Positions 1 through 9,799 of a DNA stretch of 48,392 bases are shown here, in pieces (the stretch's first letter is position 1; each line of letters opens with the position of its first letter). The stretch is taken from IMG/VR virus record IMGVR_UViG_3300035042_000091, positions 1 to 48,392 of that record; one strand, 5' to 3'. Source of the stretch: a virus. Taxonomy: Duplodnaviria > Caudoviricetes. The notes beneath the pieces were generated by a model, which was not told the DNA's origin, did not search any database, and saw only the letters and a list, made by a program, of their open reading frames with translations. Position numbers and translations under genes: made by a program.

Positions 1-604
1 GAGAAGCTATTAGGCCTGTTCTTTGATTAAGATTAACAATTTCCCTGGTCCCGGCTTCTTCTGGTCTGAGATAAATCTTGCTTCTGCCTACATGCAGTTT
101 AGTGGCTGCATCAATTGCTATTTCTTCAAGTGCTGTTTTGATAGTTCCTGAAAAAGTCTTTCCTTTTGGATAGTCTATGTTATTGGCTAGATTAATTTCT
201 CCAACTCCAAAAGGAAGCATATCAATTAGATCAACAGCAACATCTCTTGCTCTAATGCCAGCCCTCCAGGTCTGATTGACAGTAGTATTCAGCCAGTCAG
301 AAGTATTATCTCCCACTACAATTTCAGTAATCTTATCAGTTGTATCCCATGATGTTTGAGTATGAGATATAATACCAGGTAGCAAAAGGCCGACATCATC
401 TTTATAGCCAGCCCTTAAAGTAAAATTAGTATCTTTTTTTAGTAAATCTATCGTTTTATTACTGATATTAAAAAATCTTACATGACCAACATTGCCATCT
501 GAGTCAGTATTAAAATTAACTTCGAATTCTAAATCAAGATCAGGATATTTGATTTCTTTATTTTCTAAAGCAAATATTGCTTTTCTGCCAAAAGCTCTAG
601 TCAT
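1..604 (-). CDS. Baseplate hub-like protein, partial (runs off window start); second allele of 46376..47167
   Basis: ATG at 604 gives MTRAFGRKAIFALENKEIKYP..., matching MSKAFGRRVIFTLENKEIKYP of 46376..47167. Confidence 0.8.
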   Translation of the reverse strand, partial: MTRAFGRKAIFALENKEIKYPDLDLEFEVNFNTDSDGNVGHVRFFNISNKTIDLLKKDTNFTLRAGYKDDVGLLLPGIISHTQTSWDTTDKITEIVVGDNTSDWLNTTVNQTWRAGIRARDVAVDLIDMLPFGVGEINLANNIDYPKGKTFSGTIKTALEEIAIDAATKLHVGRSKIYLRPEEAGTREIVNLNQRTGLIAS

Positions 605-942
605 TAGTAATCACCAGCTATATATAGCTTTACACTGTCATAAAAATTATCGTAAGTAACTCCCTCTTTTTCTGCAGCCATTGTTTTATCAAGTGCTATA
701 ATTCCAATCCCCTCAGGTAGCCTATCATCAATGATATTGTCAAACATATTTGTACTATACGTTATTTTTTTACCTTCGAGTATTGTTTCCCCGGTAGAAT
801 CAAAAACTGACATAGCAAAAAAGCCTTGATGATTCCAACTTATTTCAAATACAAGTTCTGTTCCTGCTACATCAGTTAAAAACCTATCGGGGATCTGCTT
901 AATATTATCTTTTTTAACAGGTAAATATTTAACTTCCATCAC
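604..942 (-). CDS. Small baseplate (plug-like) protein
   Basis: Lies between the tail-initiator-like and hub genes; near-identical to 47167..47502. Confidence 0.65.
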   Translation of the reverse strand: MMEVKYLPVKKDNIKQIPDRFLTDVAGTELVFEISWNHQGFFAMSVFDSTGETILEGKKITYSTNMFDNIIDDRLPEGIGIIALDKTMAAEKEGVTYDNFYDSVKLYIAGDY

Positions 943-1481
943 TCATCACCGCCGAAAGGAGAAATCATTGAGGTAAGAATTGACTGATCAGTGCTTTCTT
1001 CATCTACATTTTCTGTTTCATTAGACCGCTCTTCTGTTTCTGTAGCATTTTGCTGCACTTCATTGCCGGTTGATGGGTCAATTCCTAAATTAACAAATAT
1101 AGTTTCCTGTTCAGCTACTTGTACTTGTTTTAAGGATATGCTGCCCTGGTAACCATTTGCTATTTGAGCATCAGTGTCAAAATTTATACTTAAAATAACC
1201 ATATTTTCATATAGTCTATAATCTTTAACATCCATGTAGTTAAAAACTTCATCATGCTGACTTGCTTCTTCTAATCTATCCCGCTGATCTTCTGCTTCAT
1301 CTCCAGCTATAACAAAAGTGTGATTAATTTCAACCGGCTGGTGATTGATATGATCAGCTATTTCAGTTTTATCTTCAACTGGCTTTTCAGTAACTTCATT
1401 TTTCAAGTTAACAGATTCTTCAGGAGCAACTTCAATTTCTATATCAAAATCATCATTATATAATCTAGCCAATGGCCTCAC
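939..1481 (-). CDS. Tail tube initiator / Dit-like protein
   Basis: Directly follows the tape measure gene; VTEKPVE..IADH motif typical of these proteins. Confidence 0.65.
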   Translation of the reverse strand: MRPLARLYNDDFDIEIEVAPEESVNLKNEVTEKPVEDKTEIADHINHQPVEINHTFVIAGDEAEDQRDRLEEASQHDEVFNYMDVKDYRLYENMVILSINFDTDAQIANGYQGSISLKQVQVAEQETIFVNLGIDPSTGNEVQQNATETEERSNETENVDEESTDQSILTSMISPFGGDE

Positions 1482-3936
1482 CTACCGATGCTGTCGCCTC
1501 TCCATCAAAATATTGTTCTATAATTTTTATTATTTTTTGAGCATCCTGAACAGTGTTATTTGATCCTTCAAGATTGAGGTTTTCAATAACAACTTTCTTT
1601 TCTGATTTACTGCTGGACTGTTTATTGCTTTGATTATAATTATTATTTGTAACGCTTTGAGAACTGCCAAAACCACTGTCAGATATACTCGACATTGGAT
1701 TGTAGTCTTTAACAATAGTCTTAGGCTCAGTAATCATTGACTCAGTCCACATATTGCTTAATGGTCCAGTAACCTGCTTTCTGGACTTATCAACACCTTT
1801 TCCGATGGTTTGAGTGAGCCCCGGTCCTACCTTATCCAATCTGCTTAATGGTCCAACTTTAGCAGGTGATTGAGGGAGGTAATCCATCACTTTTTTAGCC
1901 ATTCCCTGCATCCAGCCTGGCAGCTTATCCATAGCATTTTCAATTGCTGTTTTTAGGGCAGAACCAAAGTCTATATTACTTAATTTACTTTTAATGCTGC
2001 TTGCCCATTCATCAATCTTTGCTATAGGATCAGGTATGTCTGGCATGCTAAGACCGGGCAAATCGAATGGAATCAAGTTATCAACAAAAGATTTAGCATT
2101 ATTCCAGGTGCTCTTTACAGATCCTAATAAATCTGGAATAGTAGGAATTTTAATTTCCGGCAGACTTTGAGACTTTAAGTTATTAATAAAGCTCTTGCCT
2201 AAATTCCATACTCCTTTGACTGCTTCCACTAAATCTGGTAATGTTGGAAGCTTGATCGCTGGCAGTTCAATCCCAGTCTTATCTTTTATAAATTGTCGGC
2301 CAGCTTCATAAATCTTATTAATTATATCTGGTAGGTTAACAGGTGGTATTAAAAACCTAACTAAAGTCAGCGGGTTATCTTTAACATAGTTTGCTGCAGC
2401 TATAATTTTTTCTTTAATTGCTCCAGCAATATCTGGTATATGACTCAATTTGAAAATATCTAAGAATAAGTTTCCGATAAAAGTTAATTTAGCAGTAACA
2501 ATAGTTTTGATTCCTTCAAATATATCAGCTATACCGCTGTAAAACTGATCAACAGCGTCCCAGTACATTGCGAAATCACCGGTAACTATGCCTTTAATTA
2601 AACCTGATATCATTTTAATTGGTGAGAAAAGTATCTTAAAAGCGCCTTCAAATATTTTTACAGCGCCAATTACAGTTGATTGAACCAGTGGTTCTATATA
2701 AGCAAATGATGCTTTAATAGCATCCCAAGTCCAGAGTGCTGCATTACCTACATCAACTAATACACCTTTTAAATCTTTATTTATGCCGGCCCATGCTAAG
2801 AACTTATTAATTATAGGCAGCAGAGTGCTTTCTCCACCGTTTAAACCGACCCATAAATCTTCTATTGCTAAAACAATTCCGGTCACTGCTGCAGCTATAC
2901 CAAAACTACTTATAGAAAATATTCCAGCTATAAAGGGCCATGCTGCACTTACTCCACCAATAGCCGCTGCTATTCCAGTTATTGCAACACCTATTGCAAA
3001 GAATCTAGTAGCAGCCTGCAGTTTTTCGCTTTCTTCTAGCTTTTCAAGAAATTTATTAGTAACAATTAAGCCCTTATTAAATGATGGTATAAAACTAAAA
3101 CCCATTGCGATTGATACATCGCGAATATTCCCTTTGAAACGTAACCACTGGTTATTAAATTCCATTGCAGTTCTAGTTGCATCATTTACTGCATCGCCAG
3201 ACTGTCTGATCATTTCATTAAATCTTAACTGCATTTTTGTGAGATTATCTAAATCTCTGAAACTCTTTTGATATCCCTCTCTTTGAGCGACTAAATTCAA
3301 TTGAGCTTCACTTAGCTGGATACCAAGCATTCTGACCGCTTCGTGATTACCAACCAGGGCAGACTGCATAGCTTCAGCTGCTCTTGCTGTAGCAACATTG
3401 TTAAAAGAACCTAAGTCAGCTGCTAAAGTAACCATTTCTTTTGAAAGGCCTGCAGCTTCATCACGAGCAAGCCCCATAGGCACTAAAACATCCTGAAAGC
3501 TGTTTAACCAGCCTAAAGTAGCATATTCAGAGCGTCCAATACTTTGAGCATATTCATCGGCCCATTTTCTCGTCTGGTTAGCAACTTCTCCAAAAACAAC
3601 ATTAAATTTGTTTACAGTTTCATTAGCATCCGCGGCACTGAACACCGATCTTCCTATAGCAGCAAAACCCATTCCAGCCGCTATACCTAATTGATATCGG
3701 TACCGCTCTAACACCGCAACACCATTACTTATTTGCTTTTTAGCATCATGAAAGGCAGCAGATATAGCCCGGCCGGCAGTTACTGCTTTTCTTTCCAAAG
3801 CTCCCATTCTATCAGTAGCTCTTATTACATTATTTTTAAAGCTATCAACTCTTCTATCAGCCTGGGTAAGTGGCCTATCGTTTATTCCAAAGCCAACCTG
3901 AAAACCCAAAAACCTTTGTGCTCCTCCTGCTGGCAT
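1465..3936 (-). CDS. Tail tape measure protein
   Basis: 823 aa, Ala/Gly-rich and helical, with an AADLGSFNN motif, hydrophobic segments and a C-terminal SPAKVGPLS; follows the chaperone genes. Confidence 0.92.
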   Translation of the reverse strand: MPAGGAQRFLGFQVGFGINDRPLTQADRRVDSFKNNVIRATDRMGALERKAVTAGRAISAAFHDAKKQISNGVAVLERYRYQLGIAAGMGFAAIGRSVFSAADANETVNKFNVVFGEVANQTRKWADEYAQSIGRSEYATLGWLNSFQDVLVPMGLARDEAAGLSKEMVTLAADLGSFNNVATARAAEAMQSALVGNHEAVRMLGIQLSEAQLNLVAQREGYQKSFRDLDNLTKMQLRFNEMIRQSGDAVNDATRTAMEFNNQWLRFKGNIRDVSIAMGFSFIPSFNKGLIVTNKFLEKLEESEKLQAATRFFAIGVAITGIAAAIGGVSAAWPFIAGIFSISSFGIAAAVTGIVLAIEDLWVGLNGGESTLLPIINKFLAWAGINKDLKGVLVDVGNAALWTWDAIKASFAYIEPLVQSTVIGAVKIFEGAFKILFSPIKMISGLIKGIVTGDFAMYWDAVDQFYSGIADIFEGIKTIVTAKLTFIGNLFLDIFKLSHIPDIAGAIKEKIIAAANYVKDNPLTLVRFLIPPVNLPDIINKIYEAGRQFIKDKTGIELPAIKLPTLPDLVEAVKGVWNLGKSFINNLKSQSLPEIKIPTIPDLLGSVKSTWNNAKSFVDNLIPFDLPGLSMPDIPDPIAKIDEWASSIKSKLSNIDFGSALKTAIENAMDKLPGWMQGMAKKVMDYLPQSPAKVGPLSRLDKVGPGLTQTIGKGVDKSRKQVTGPLSNMWTESMITEPKTIVKDYNPMSSISDSGFGSSQSVTNNNYNQSNKQSSSKSEKKVVIENLNLEGSNNTVQDAQKIIKIIEQYFDGEATASVGEAIG

Positions 3937-3938
3937 AT

Positions 3939-4166
3939 CTACCGCCCTCCTTCAGAACTATTTTTAATTTCTTCATTGAAAACTTCTAAAGCAGCCCTGG
4001 CTTCTAAAAAATGATCTAAATCCCATTTCGCAACTTCTTCTTCAGATTGCATCTTAAAAACCAGAGCCCAGTAATCTTTAAGAAGTCCTTTTATCTGCCT
4101 TTTGTAACGATCATGATTTACTATTAACTCACCTTTTTTGTTTATAGAGCTATATTTAGGCTCCAA
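3939..4166 (-). CDS. Tail assembly chaperone downstream ORF (gpT-like)
   Basis: Overlaps the chaperone 3' end and precedes the tape measure gene; TTG start with no clear SD. Confidence 0.55.
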   Translation of the reverse strand: MEPKYSSINKKGELIVNHDRYKRQIKGLLKDYWALVFKMQSEEEVAKWDLDHFLEARAALEVFNEEIKNSSEGGR

Positions 4167-4647
4167 GAAACGTTTCTATACTTTTTACAACCTCTTTCAA
4201 TTCCTTAGACCTGTTATAGTTTTCTATTTCTTCTATTAAGTCCTGAACATTACTTAACTTTTCAAAGTCATCCATGGTGATATCTTCTTTTAAAGCTTCG
4301 GCCATCAGATTATCAATATAAACTTCCTGAGAAAACTGGCCGGCTTCATCTTTAGAATTATCTTCAATTTCTAAAATAGCTTTATTACCAATATACTCAA
4401 CTGTATATTCATCACCATTGACAGTTACCTTTTTCTCTTTCTGGCCTTTAACATCAAAATCATCTACTTTTACTGGGTTAATCACTACATTATCAAGCAA
4501 ACCAGCAATATACTTCTTTCTGGATGTCGAGCCATATCTATCCCGGCATTTATCCTGGTGTTTTATGTACCAGCGAACACCCGGATTTTGAAGAGTATAT
4601 TTGCTTTCTCCTACACTAATTGTTTTTTTGCTACCTTCTTTACCCAT
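4156..4647 (-). CDS. Tail assembly chaperone (gpG-like)
   Basis: Between tube and tape measure; internal duplication (KKTISVGESKYTL / KKVTVNGDEYTV). Confidence 0.7.
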   Translation of the reverse strand: MGKEGSKKTISVGESKYTLQNPGVRWYIKHQDKCRDRYGSTSRKKYIAGLLDNVVINPVKVDDFDVKGQKEKKVTVNGDEYTVEYIGNKAILEIEDNSKDEAGQFSQEVYIDNLMAEALKEDITMDDFEKLSNVQDLIEEIENYNRSKELKEVVKSIETFLGA

Positions 4648-4650
4648 TAT

Positions 4651-5061
4651 TTATAATACCCCCTCGAATGCTTCCTCATAGTCAGCTACAAGCAGAACCC
4701 ATTCTCTATCTCCGGGCTCATTAGATTTTACATTGTCAGGCAAGTTCTGAACTACACATCTGCTACCTGATCCAGAAACGTCACCATCAAAGTTCTGATC
4801 AACTGTAGAGAAGCCAAATTCTTCATCTGACTTGTATAAGTTATACAGTTTTTCGTTCGCTGGACTGGTTTCCTTTAAAGTAATAGTGGCTTCGGCCCTG
4901 TCATCAGCAGACTTTGAAAAAGTAACTTCGCCCTGAGCTCCAACGTGAGAGGTCCTTTTTTCTGACATTCTAGAAATTTCAACCATTGAGTCTTCAGCAA
5001 ACCCAGTCAAAACAAAATTATCTACAATAGTAATTACTTTGGTTGGATCATAATTGACCAT
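4651..5061 (-). CDS. Tail tube protein (DUF3277-like)
   Basis: YDP..GFAEDS..HVGAQG..ITL..SP..REW pattern; follows the sheath gene. Confidence 0.82.
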   Translation of the reverse strand: MVNYDPTKVITIVDNFVLTGFAEDSMVEISRMSEKRTSHVGAQGEVTFSKSADDRAEATITLKETSPANEKLYNLYKSDEEFGFSTVDQNFDGDVSGSGSRCVVQNLPDNVKSNEPGDREWVLLVADYEEAFEGVL

Positions 5062-5075
5062 TTATAATACCTCCT

Positions 5076-6101
5076 TTACAGTGTTAGGTAGAAATCTAAT
5101 TCTACATTGTGCCAAGCTCCAGAATAGGTTACTGTCGATTTAACGCCCTTTAGAACTCTGTTTGCTAAATCATTTTTCAGCAAGTCTTTTCTGGTAGGAT
5201 AAGTTACTGTTGACATGAAATTACCGTCAGCATCTTTAGCAACAGCTCCATTTCTAGCAGCCACTTTATTAACCTGCTTAGCTGCATCAACAAAAAGACC
5301 GATTCCTGCATTATCCTGGCCGACTTTCTGGCTGGTCTTTAATACGCGGAATATTTCTTCTCTATATCTTGCAGCAAACCAGTGCTTTGCAACAGTCGTA
5401 TCAATAAAATCACCATTACTCATTACACCTTCTGCGACATATAAAGAGCCGCCCCATTCTTTATAAATATTTGCATTAACAGCTTGCAATGCTGCTGTAT
5501 CAGCTGGCAAATAAGTAGCTTTAGCAGTATTATTGATAGTTTTAAACTTAAGAGTATAACTACCAGGAGTCATTGGCAGGATTCTACCTAAAGCACCTGC
5601 ATCAAGATACTGCTCTTCATCATTTACACCACCATCATGAGCGAATAGAGCAAAGTTCTGGTTTTCTATTCCCTGCATAAAGGTTTCGATATCAGCTACA
5701 GCTGCATCTTTACCCAAATCACCAAACATTATTTTTTCTTTTGAAGCTACCCAGTTAGCAGCTTCTTGAACATCGGCTTCAGTGTTACTTGCGATAGCCA
5801 AAGCGTACCAATCATTATTTTGAGTTATTAATTTATCTAACTCATCAGTGATTGTGCTTGTTTCTGTCGCAACATCAACACCGTAAATCATAACTTCCTG
5901 AACCTTTGGCTGCTGACTTAACATAGCATTAACTTTTTTGTATGCTAAATCTTCACTGGTCCAGTTCTGGATCTCTCCAGTGTCTGAAACTATTTCTAAT
6001 GGATTGGTAACAGTTGGGTCAAAAACCAAACCAGTACCGAATCCTTTTTGAGCTACAGCTCCTGTTTCATCATATACATTTACAACAACAGGATCTCCCA
6101 T
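5076..6101 (-). CDS. Tail sheath protein (DUF3383-like, compact)
   Basis: PGSYTLKFK, NANIY, GDFID..W and NRVL motifs. Confidence 0.85.
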   Translation of the reverse strand: MGDPVVVNVYDETGAVAQKGFGTGLVFDPTVTNPLEIVSDTGEIQNWTSEDLAYKKVNAMLSQQPKVQEVMIYGVDVATETSTITDELDKLITQNNDWYALAIASNTEADVQEAANWVASKEKIMFGDLGKDAAVADIETFMQGIENQNFALFAHDGGVNDEEQYLDAGALGRILPMTPGSYTLKFKTINNTAKATYLPADTAALQAVNANIYKEWGGSLYVAEGVMSNGDFIDTTVAKHWFAARYREEIFRVLKTSQKVGQDNAGIGLFVDAAKQVNKVAARNGAVAKDADGNFMSTVTYPTRKDLLKNDLANRVLKGVKSTVTYSGAWHNVELDFYLTL

Positions 6102-6119
6102 TTAAAGATCACTCCCTCT

Positions 6120-6677
6120 TTATAAATTTACGTCTAAAATATCTTCATCATCAGAAAATTCTACTTCAAGTTCAACCTCTTCGAATGTCTTTTCAATTAT
6201 CTTAACTTCATCATTAAACTGCAGAACTACATCAAAACCTTTTCTATCTTCATAATCAGTCTGTAAATAAGTGGTCCTGTCCTGCATATTTGTTACATTG
6301 ATAATCACCACATCATACTGATCAAGAAATCGCTGGCCCAGTTTAGGTATTCTAAACCACTCAATTAATTTTGAAATGTATTGGCTCACATCTTTGCCAA
6401 AAGCGTTAAATGATATCGTCACTCTCGGATTTGAGTAATAAGAGTATTCGATATCCTCATCAAAATTAGGATCATCACTCTGAACCACTTCTTTTTTTAT
6501 GAACATTGACTGAGCATTCCCGTTTATATCGTAAGGAGAAGACATTTTATAAGTTATTCTCGGATAAATTAAATCTTCGGACTTAACATCCTGATCAGCT
6601 CTAATAAGCTGCGGAATCCCTGAATAACTCTTTATTTCTGGCTGCAGATTGGTCCTAAAAGTGTATAAATCTATCAT
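6120..6677 (-). CDS. Tail terminator / neck protein
   Basis: Position immediately before the sheath gene; size and YP.ITY motif. Confidence 0.6.
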   Translation of the reverse strand: MIDLYTFRTNLQPEIKSYSGIPQLIRADQDVKSEDLIYPRITYKMSSPYDINGNAQSMFIKKEVVQSDDPNFDEDIEYSYYSNPRVTISFNAFGKDVSQYISKLIEWFRIPKLGQRFLDQYDVVIINVTNMQDRTTYLQTDYEDRKGFDVVLQFNDEVKIIEKTFEEVELEVEFSDDEDILDVNL

Positions 6678-7051
6678 TTAACCACAACCTTTTTAGCCAA
6701 AAACTTATGAAAATCAGATAAGTGAGTGTTATTTTGTGGATTCTGCACTTCAAAATCATTGTTTTGAAAGTGAACAATGTCCCCCTCTTCTGGAATTAAA
6801 GGAATCTCTTCATCTGTTTCAGTATTAATACCAGTATTATCTTCCGGGACGAACAACTTTAAGTCCTGGATAGTGTAAAAACCACCATCATATTCATTAA
6901 GTTCCTCTGTTGTTAAGTGAATAACTGCTATTTCTGTGGTATATTCATCGGAATCACCATCATCAACATATTCACCATTAACAAATTTTTTGCCACCTCT
7001 TTTCAAAGTGACAGGAGTTAAATAATCTTTTATAAATCCTGAAAAATCCAC
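6674..7051 (-). CDS. Head closure / head-tail joining protein
   Basis: Synteny; GG.FVNG..EGDIV pattern. Confidence 0.55.
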   Translation of the reverse strand: MDFSGFIKDYLTPVTLKRGGKKFVNGEYVDDGDSDEYTTEIAVIHLTTEELNEYDGGFYTIQDLKLFVPEDNTGINTETDEEIPLIPEEGDIVHFQNNDFEVQNPQNNTHLSDFHKFLAKKVVVK

Positions 7052-7055
7052 GTTA

Positions 7056-7670
7056 TCACCTCACTCTATAAGTTATTGACTGTCTTAGCCTACCCGAGTC
7101 AATTAACGGGTTATTTGCACCCTTTTTATTCTTTTGAGTTACTGCTGAGTTAGGAGGGGATTTTAATTCGACCATATATTTACGAATGAAAGAAGCAAAC
7201 TCAGCACCCAACAAATTAAGGGCCTTATCAGCAGTCATTCTACCTGCTATTACAGCCCTTATTGCTTGTTCAGTATGCTTATTTATTTTTCTAATATTCT
7301 TATCAAAGCCTTCTCTAATGTATGACCTCTCCGGAATCTCAACTTTTTTAACGAGAGCATACATAGGCCTGATATCATCTCCTACTTCCATGGCCAGTAT
7401 TCCATCACCATCATTATCAGGATCCATAAGGAACAAATTATCAAAGTCTCTTGCACTTTTACCAGCCGCCTCTTCATTAAGGGGTATTGTAAGAGCTTTT
7501 GCCTTTTTAGGTGTTATTGTCACACCAAACTCATGCACTCTGGCAATCATCAATATTTCAGAGTCTTTGCCACCAAATACCCCGACTTCAATCTTAGAAT
7601 TTCTAAGTTTTTTAATCTCTTCAATTAAATTAGGCATATTATTATTATCAGTAATTTTTAGCTTTGCCAT
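7056..7670 (-). CDS. Neck / tail-completion protein
   Basis: HEFG, IPERSYIR and PLIDSGRLRQSITY motifs. Confidence 0.75.
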   Translation of the reverse strand: MAKLKITDNNNMPNLIEEIKKLRNSKIEVGVFGGKDSEILMIARVHEFGVTITPKKAKALTIPLNEEAAGKSARDFDNLFLMDPDNDGDGILAMEVGDDIRPMYALVKKVEIPERSYIREGFDKNIRKINKHTEQAIRAVIAGRMTADKALNLLGAEFASFIRKYMVELKSPPNSAVTQKNKKGANNPLIDSGRLRQSITYRVR

Positions 7671-8005
7671 TATGAAAACACCATGAATGTTGGTCCCTGG
7701 CTCTTTTTCATAATCCTTAAAAGCTCTTTACCGTATTCAGTTACTTGCAGCCCCTCTTTTCCTGTCCTGTTAGGATAGTTTTTCATACCTATACCAGTCA
7801 GCTGTTCAGTTGTTGGTTTTGGATGATCTAAAGTGGCAAAATGAGCAGCCATGTATCTTTCCATTTTCTCATTGTATTTATCATCATATTCCCAGTCTTC
7901 AAGCTCTATAACTGCATCCTCAATGTAAAGCTCAATAGATTGATCAGATAACTTAGAAAGGTGAGAAGCAATACTCCTCACCTTAGATACAGTAGTTTGA
8001 GGCAT
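7670..8005 (-). CDS. Head-tail adaptor (DUF4054-like)
   Basis: AAHF and T.YG motifs; synteny. Confidence 0.7.
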   Translation of the reverse strand: MPQTTVSKVRSIASHLSKLSDQSIELYIEDAVIELEDWEYDDKYNEKMERYMAAHFATLDHPKPTTEQLTGIGMKNYPNRTGKEGLQVTEYGKELLRIMKKSQGPTFMVFS

Positions 8006-8007
8006 GA

Positions 8008-8352
8008 TTACTCATCGCCTTTATCTTTACCATCATCTTCTAAGTAAGCGATCTGCTCTTCGATAGCTTTTTGAGTGGTCTTTCTGTCATCAGTCTCAGC
8101 CCACTTTAAAAGCTTTTCTTTATCCATTGTTGCTTCAACGAGCTCAACAGCCTTATCAACTGGAGTAATTTCGGATAAATCTTCAATAGTGCCGTCTTTA
8201 ACCTCTACTTTTCCTTCTTTCACCCAGCCTTTTACGATTGGATGAGTCTTTACAGCTTCCCAGTCTTTGTCCTCAACTTCATTCGGGCCAATATTCAACG
8301 ATACATTCCCAACATGTTTAATTTGAGCGAAATGATTAATTATCGTTAACAT
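8008..8352 (-). CDS. Hypothetical virion-associated protein
   Basis: SD present; lies between capsid and adaptor genes. Confidence 0.55.
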   Translation of the reverse strand: MLTIINHFAQIKHVGNVSLNIGPNEVEDKDWEAVKTHPIVKGWVKEGKVEVKDGTIEDLSEITPVDKAVELVEATMDKEKLLKWAETDDRKTTQKAIEEQIAYLEDDGKDKGDE

Positions 8353-8382
8353 ACAATTACCTCCTCATTTTTTTATTAATTC

Positions 8383-9303
8383 TTAAATTCCGTCAGCTCT
8401 ACAGATTCCAAGTGGATATCTAACAATAGCCCCAGCAGTTCTTTCTTCAAGGTTAACCTGTGAACTAAGGTTTTCCTTGTTATATGGAGCATGTCTGTAG
8501 ATATCTAAAGGCAGCCCCATCTCAACTACATCTGGAGAACTATCATAAACCATAAAGCAGTCAGTGCCACCATCGCCTTTTCCTGCAAGTTCTGGTACAG
8601 AAATAATTCTGTCAAACCAGCCTTGATTTTGCAGATAATTGCGGATAGTTAGCTGAGGATTGTCAGAATTAAATGGTCTGTCTAAGTCCTCGTACTGATC
8701 ATCTGGAATTGCTAAAGTATCAGCAGCCATTCCAGGCTTTAGATTAACTTTCTTTTTGGCTTGTCTGATATCTTCAACTATTTCTTCGCCTGTTTTATCT
8801 TTCCAGTTTGTAGATGTTGCACCACTATTTTGAGCAACAGTGTAAGTCTGAATACCAGTAAAGTTAGTCAGGCCTTCTGCATTATGCTCAGTAGAGCCAG
8901 AGAAGAAAAAGTCATTTTCTCTTTCAGAAATAGCTCTTCTAGCTGCAGTAGCCTTAGTAGTTTCAACTGGTCTATTAGCCATCTTTGCAGCTCTCTTTTC
9001 CTGAAGGTCAATAGTAAATCCTACTACGATACCATAAATACCCTGGTGGTGTCTTTCAATATCTGCATCTACTAAAGGTACATCATCTGCACCATAAGCA
9101 AATATTTTAGCAGCACCTTTTTTAGTTACCTTATCGTAACTATAGGTTTCTGCACCTTCCGGGATGTCAGTTTTCAAACCCACCATTGTTCTGGCAGTTA
9201 ATTCTCTTTCTTTGGCTTCATATACAGTATTATCAATTGCATCTAAGTCATCATTAGTTAGTAAAGCGTCCTGTCTTACAACGCCAGATCCTAAATCTTT
9301 CAT
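8383..9303 (-). CDS. Major capsid protein (DUF2184-like, HK97 fold)
   Basis: 306 aa with DVPLVD and G.IVRYP...DGI C-terminus; synteny. Confidence 0.88.
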   Translation of the reverse strand: MKDLGSGVVRQDALLTNDDLDAIDNTVYEAKERELTARTMVGLKTDIPEGAETYSYDKVTKKGAAKIFAYGADDVPLVDADIERHHQGIYGIVVGFTIDLQEKRAAKMANRPVETTKATAARRAISERENDFFFSGSTEHNAEGLTNFTGIQTYTVAQNSGATSTNWKDKTGEEIVEDIRQAKKKVNLKPGMAADTLAIPDDQYEDLDRPFNSDNPQLTIRNYLQNQGWFDRIISVPELAGKGDGGTDCFMVYDSSPDVVEMGLPLDIYRHAPYNKENLSSQVNLEERTAGAIVRYPLGICRADGI

Positions 9304-9322
9304 TATCTAATCACCTCTCCTA

Positions 9323-9799
9323 TTAAAGTTGTTTAGTAGTTGTCTGAGAAGGTAAGTTAAACTCTACCTTGACAACATCCCCGGCAGATCCGGCTGATTT
9401 GAACTCTGCATCTTCAATTTCAACACCATACACACCATTAGTTGCTTCAGAAAGTGGTGCTTTATCAAATAAACCATCATCTCTGACGGCTACTTTATCG
9501 CCTCTAGTTACATCAGCTGCACTATCAGACAACTTAACCCACATTACTGCTTTTCTGGCTACAGTAACACTGTCACCATCAGCATATTTGGAGTTATCTA
9601 AGTCGCCACCTACAGAATACTGAGCAACACCAGCTAATACATCAGCTGCAGCAGCACCATCCCAAGCAGCCACCTGCTTTTCTGGGTCAGTACCATACTT
9701 AACAGCAGTACCGAAAGGAATATCTCCTTCAGCTGCCATTGAATCAGCGTGTCCGCTTCTTCCTGTTGCTAATTGACCTGCATTTAATTTAGCATCCAT
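9323..9799 (-). CDS. Capsid decoration/cement protein
   Basis: IPFG.AV and beta-rich pattern; between protease and capsid genes. Confidence 0.7.
   Translation of the reverse strand: MDAKLNAGQLATGRSGHADSMAAEGDIPFGTAVKYGTDPEKQVAAWDGAAAADVLAGVAQYSVGGDLDNSKYADGDSVTVARKAVMWVKLSDSAADVTRGDKVAVRDDGLFDKAPLSEATNGVYGVEIEDAEFKSAGSAGDVVKVEFNLPSQTTTKQL

Larger units (their letters stand above)
1..1829 (+). repeat. Diverged direct repeat, copy A (of 46564..48392)
   Basis: Position 1 aligns with 46564 and 1829 with 48392. The first 127 bp are identical, followed by scattered, mostly synonymous substitutions. Confidence 0.95.

Noticed and set aside
8383-9303. Encapsulin nanocompartment
   Set aside because: It sits in a full head operon with terminase, portal and protease, so it is the phage capsid.
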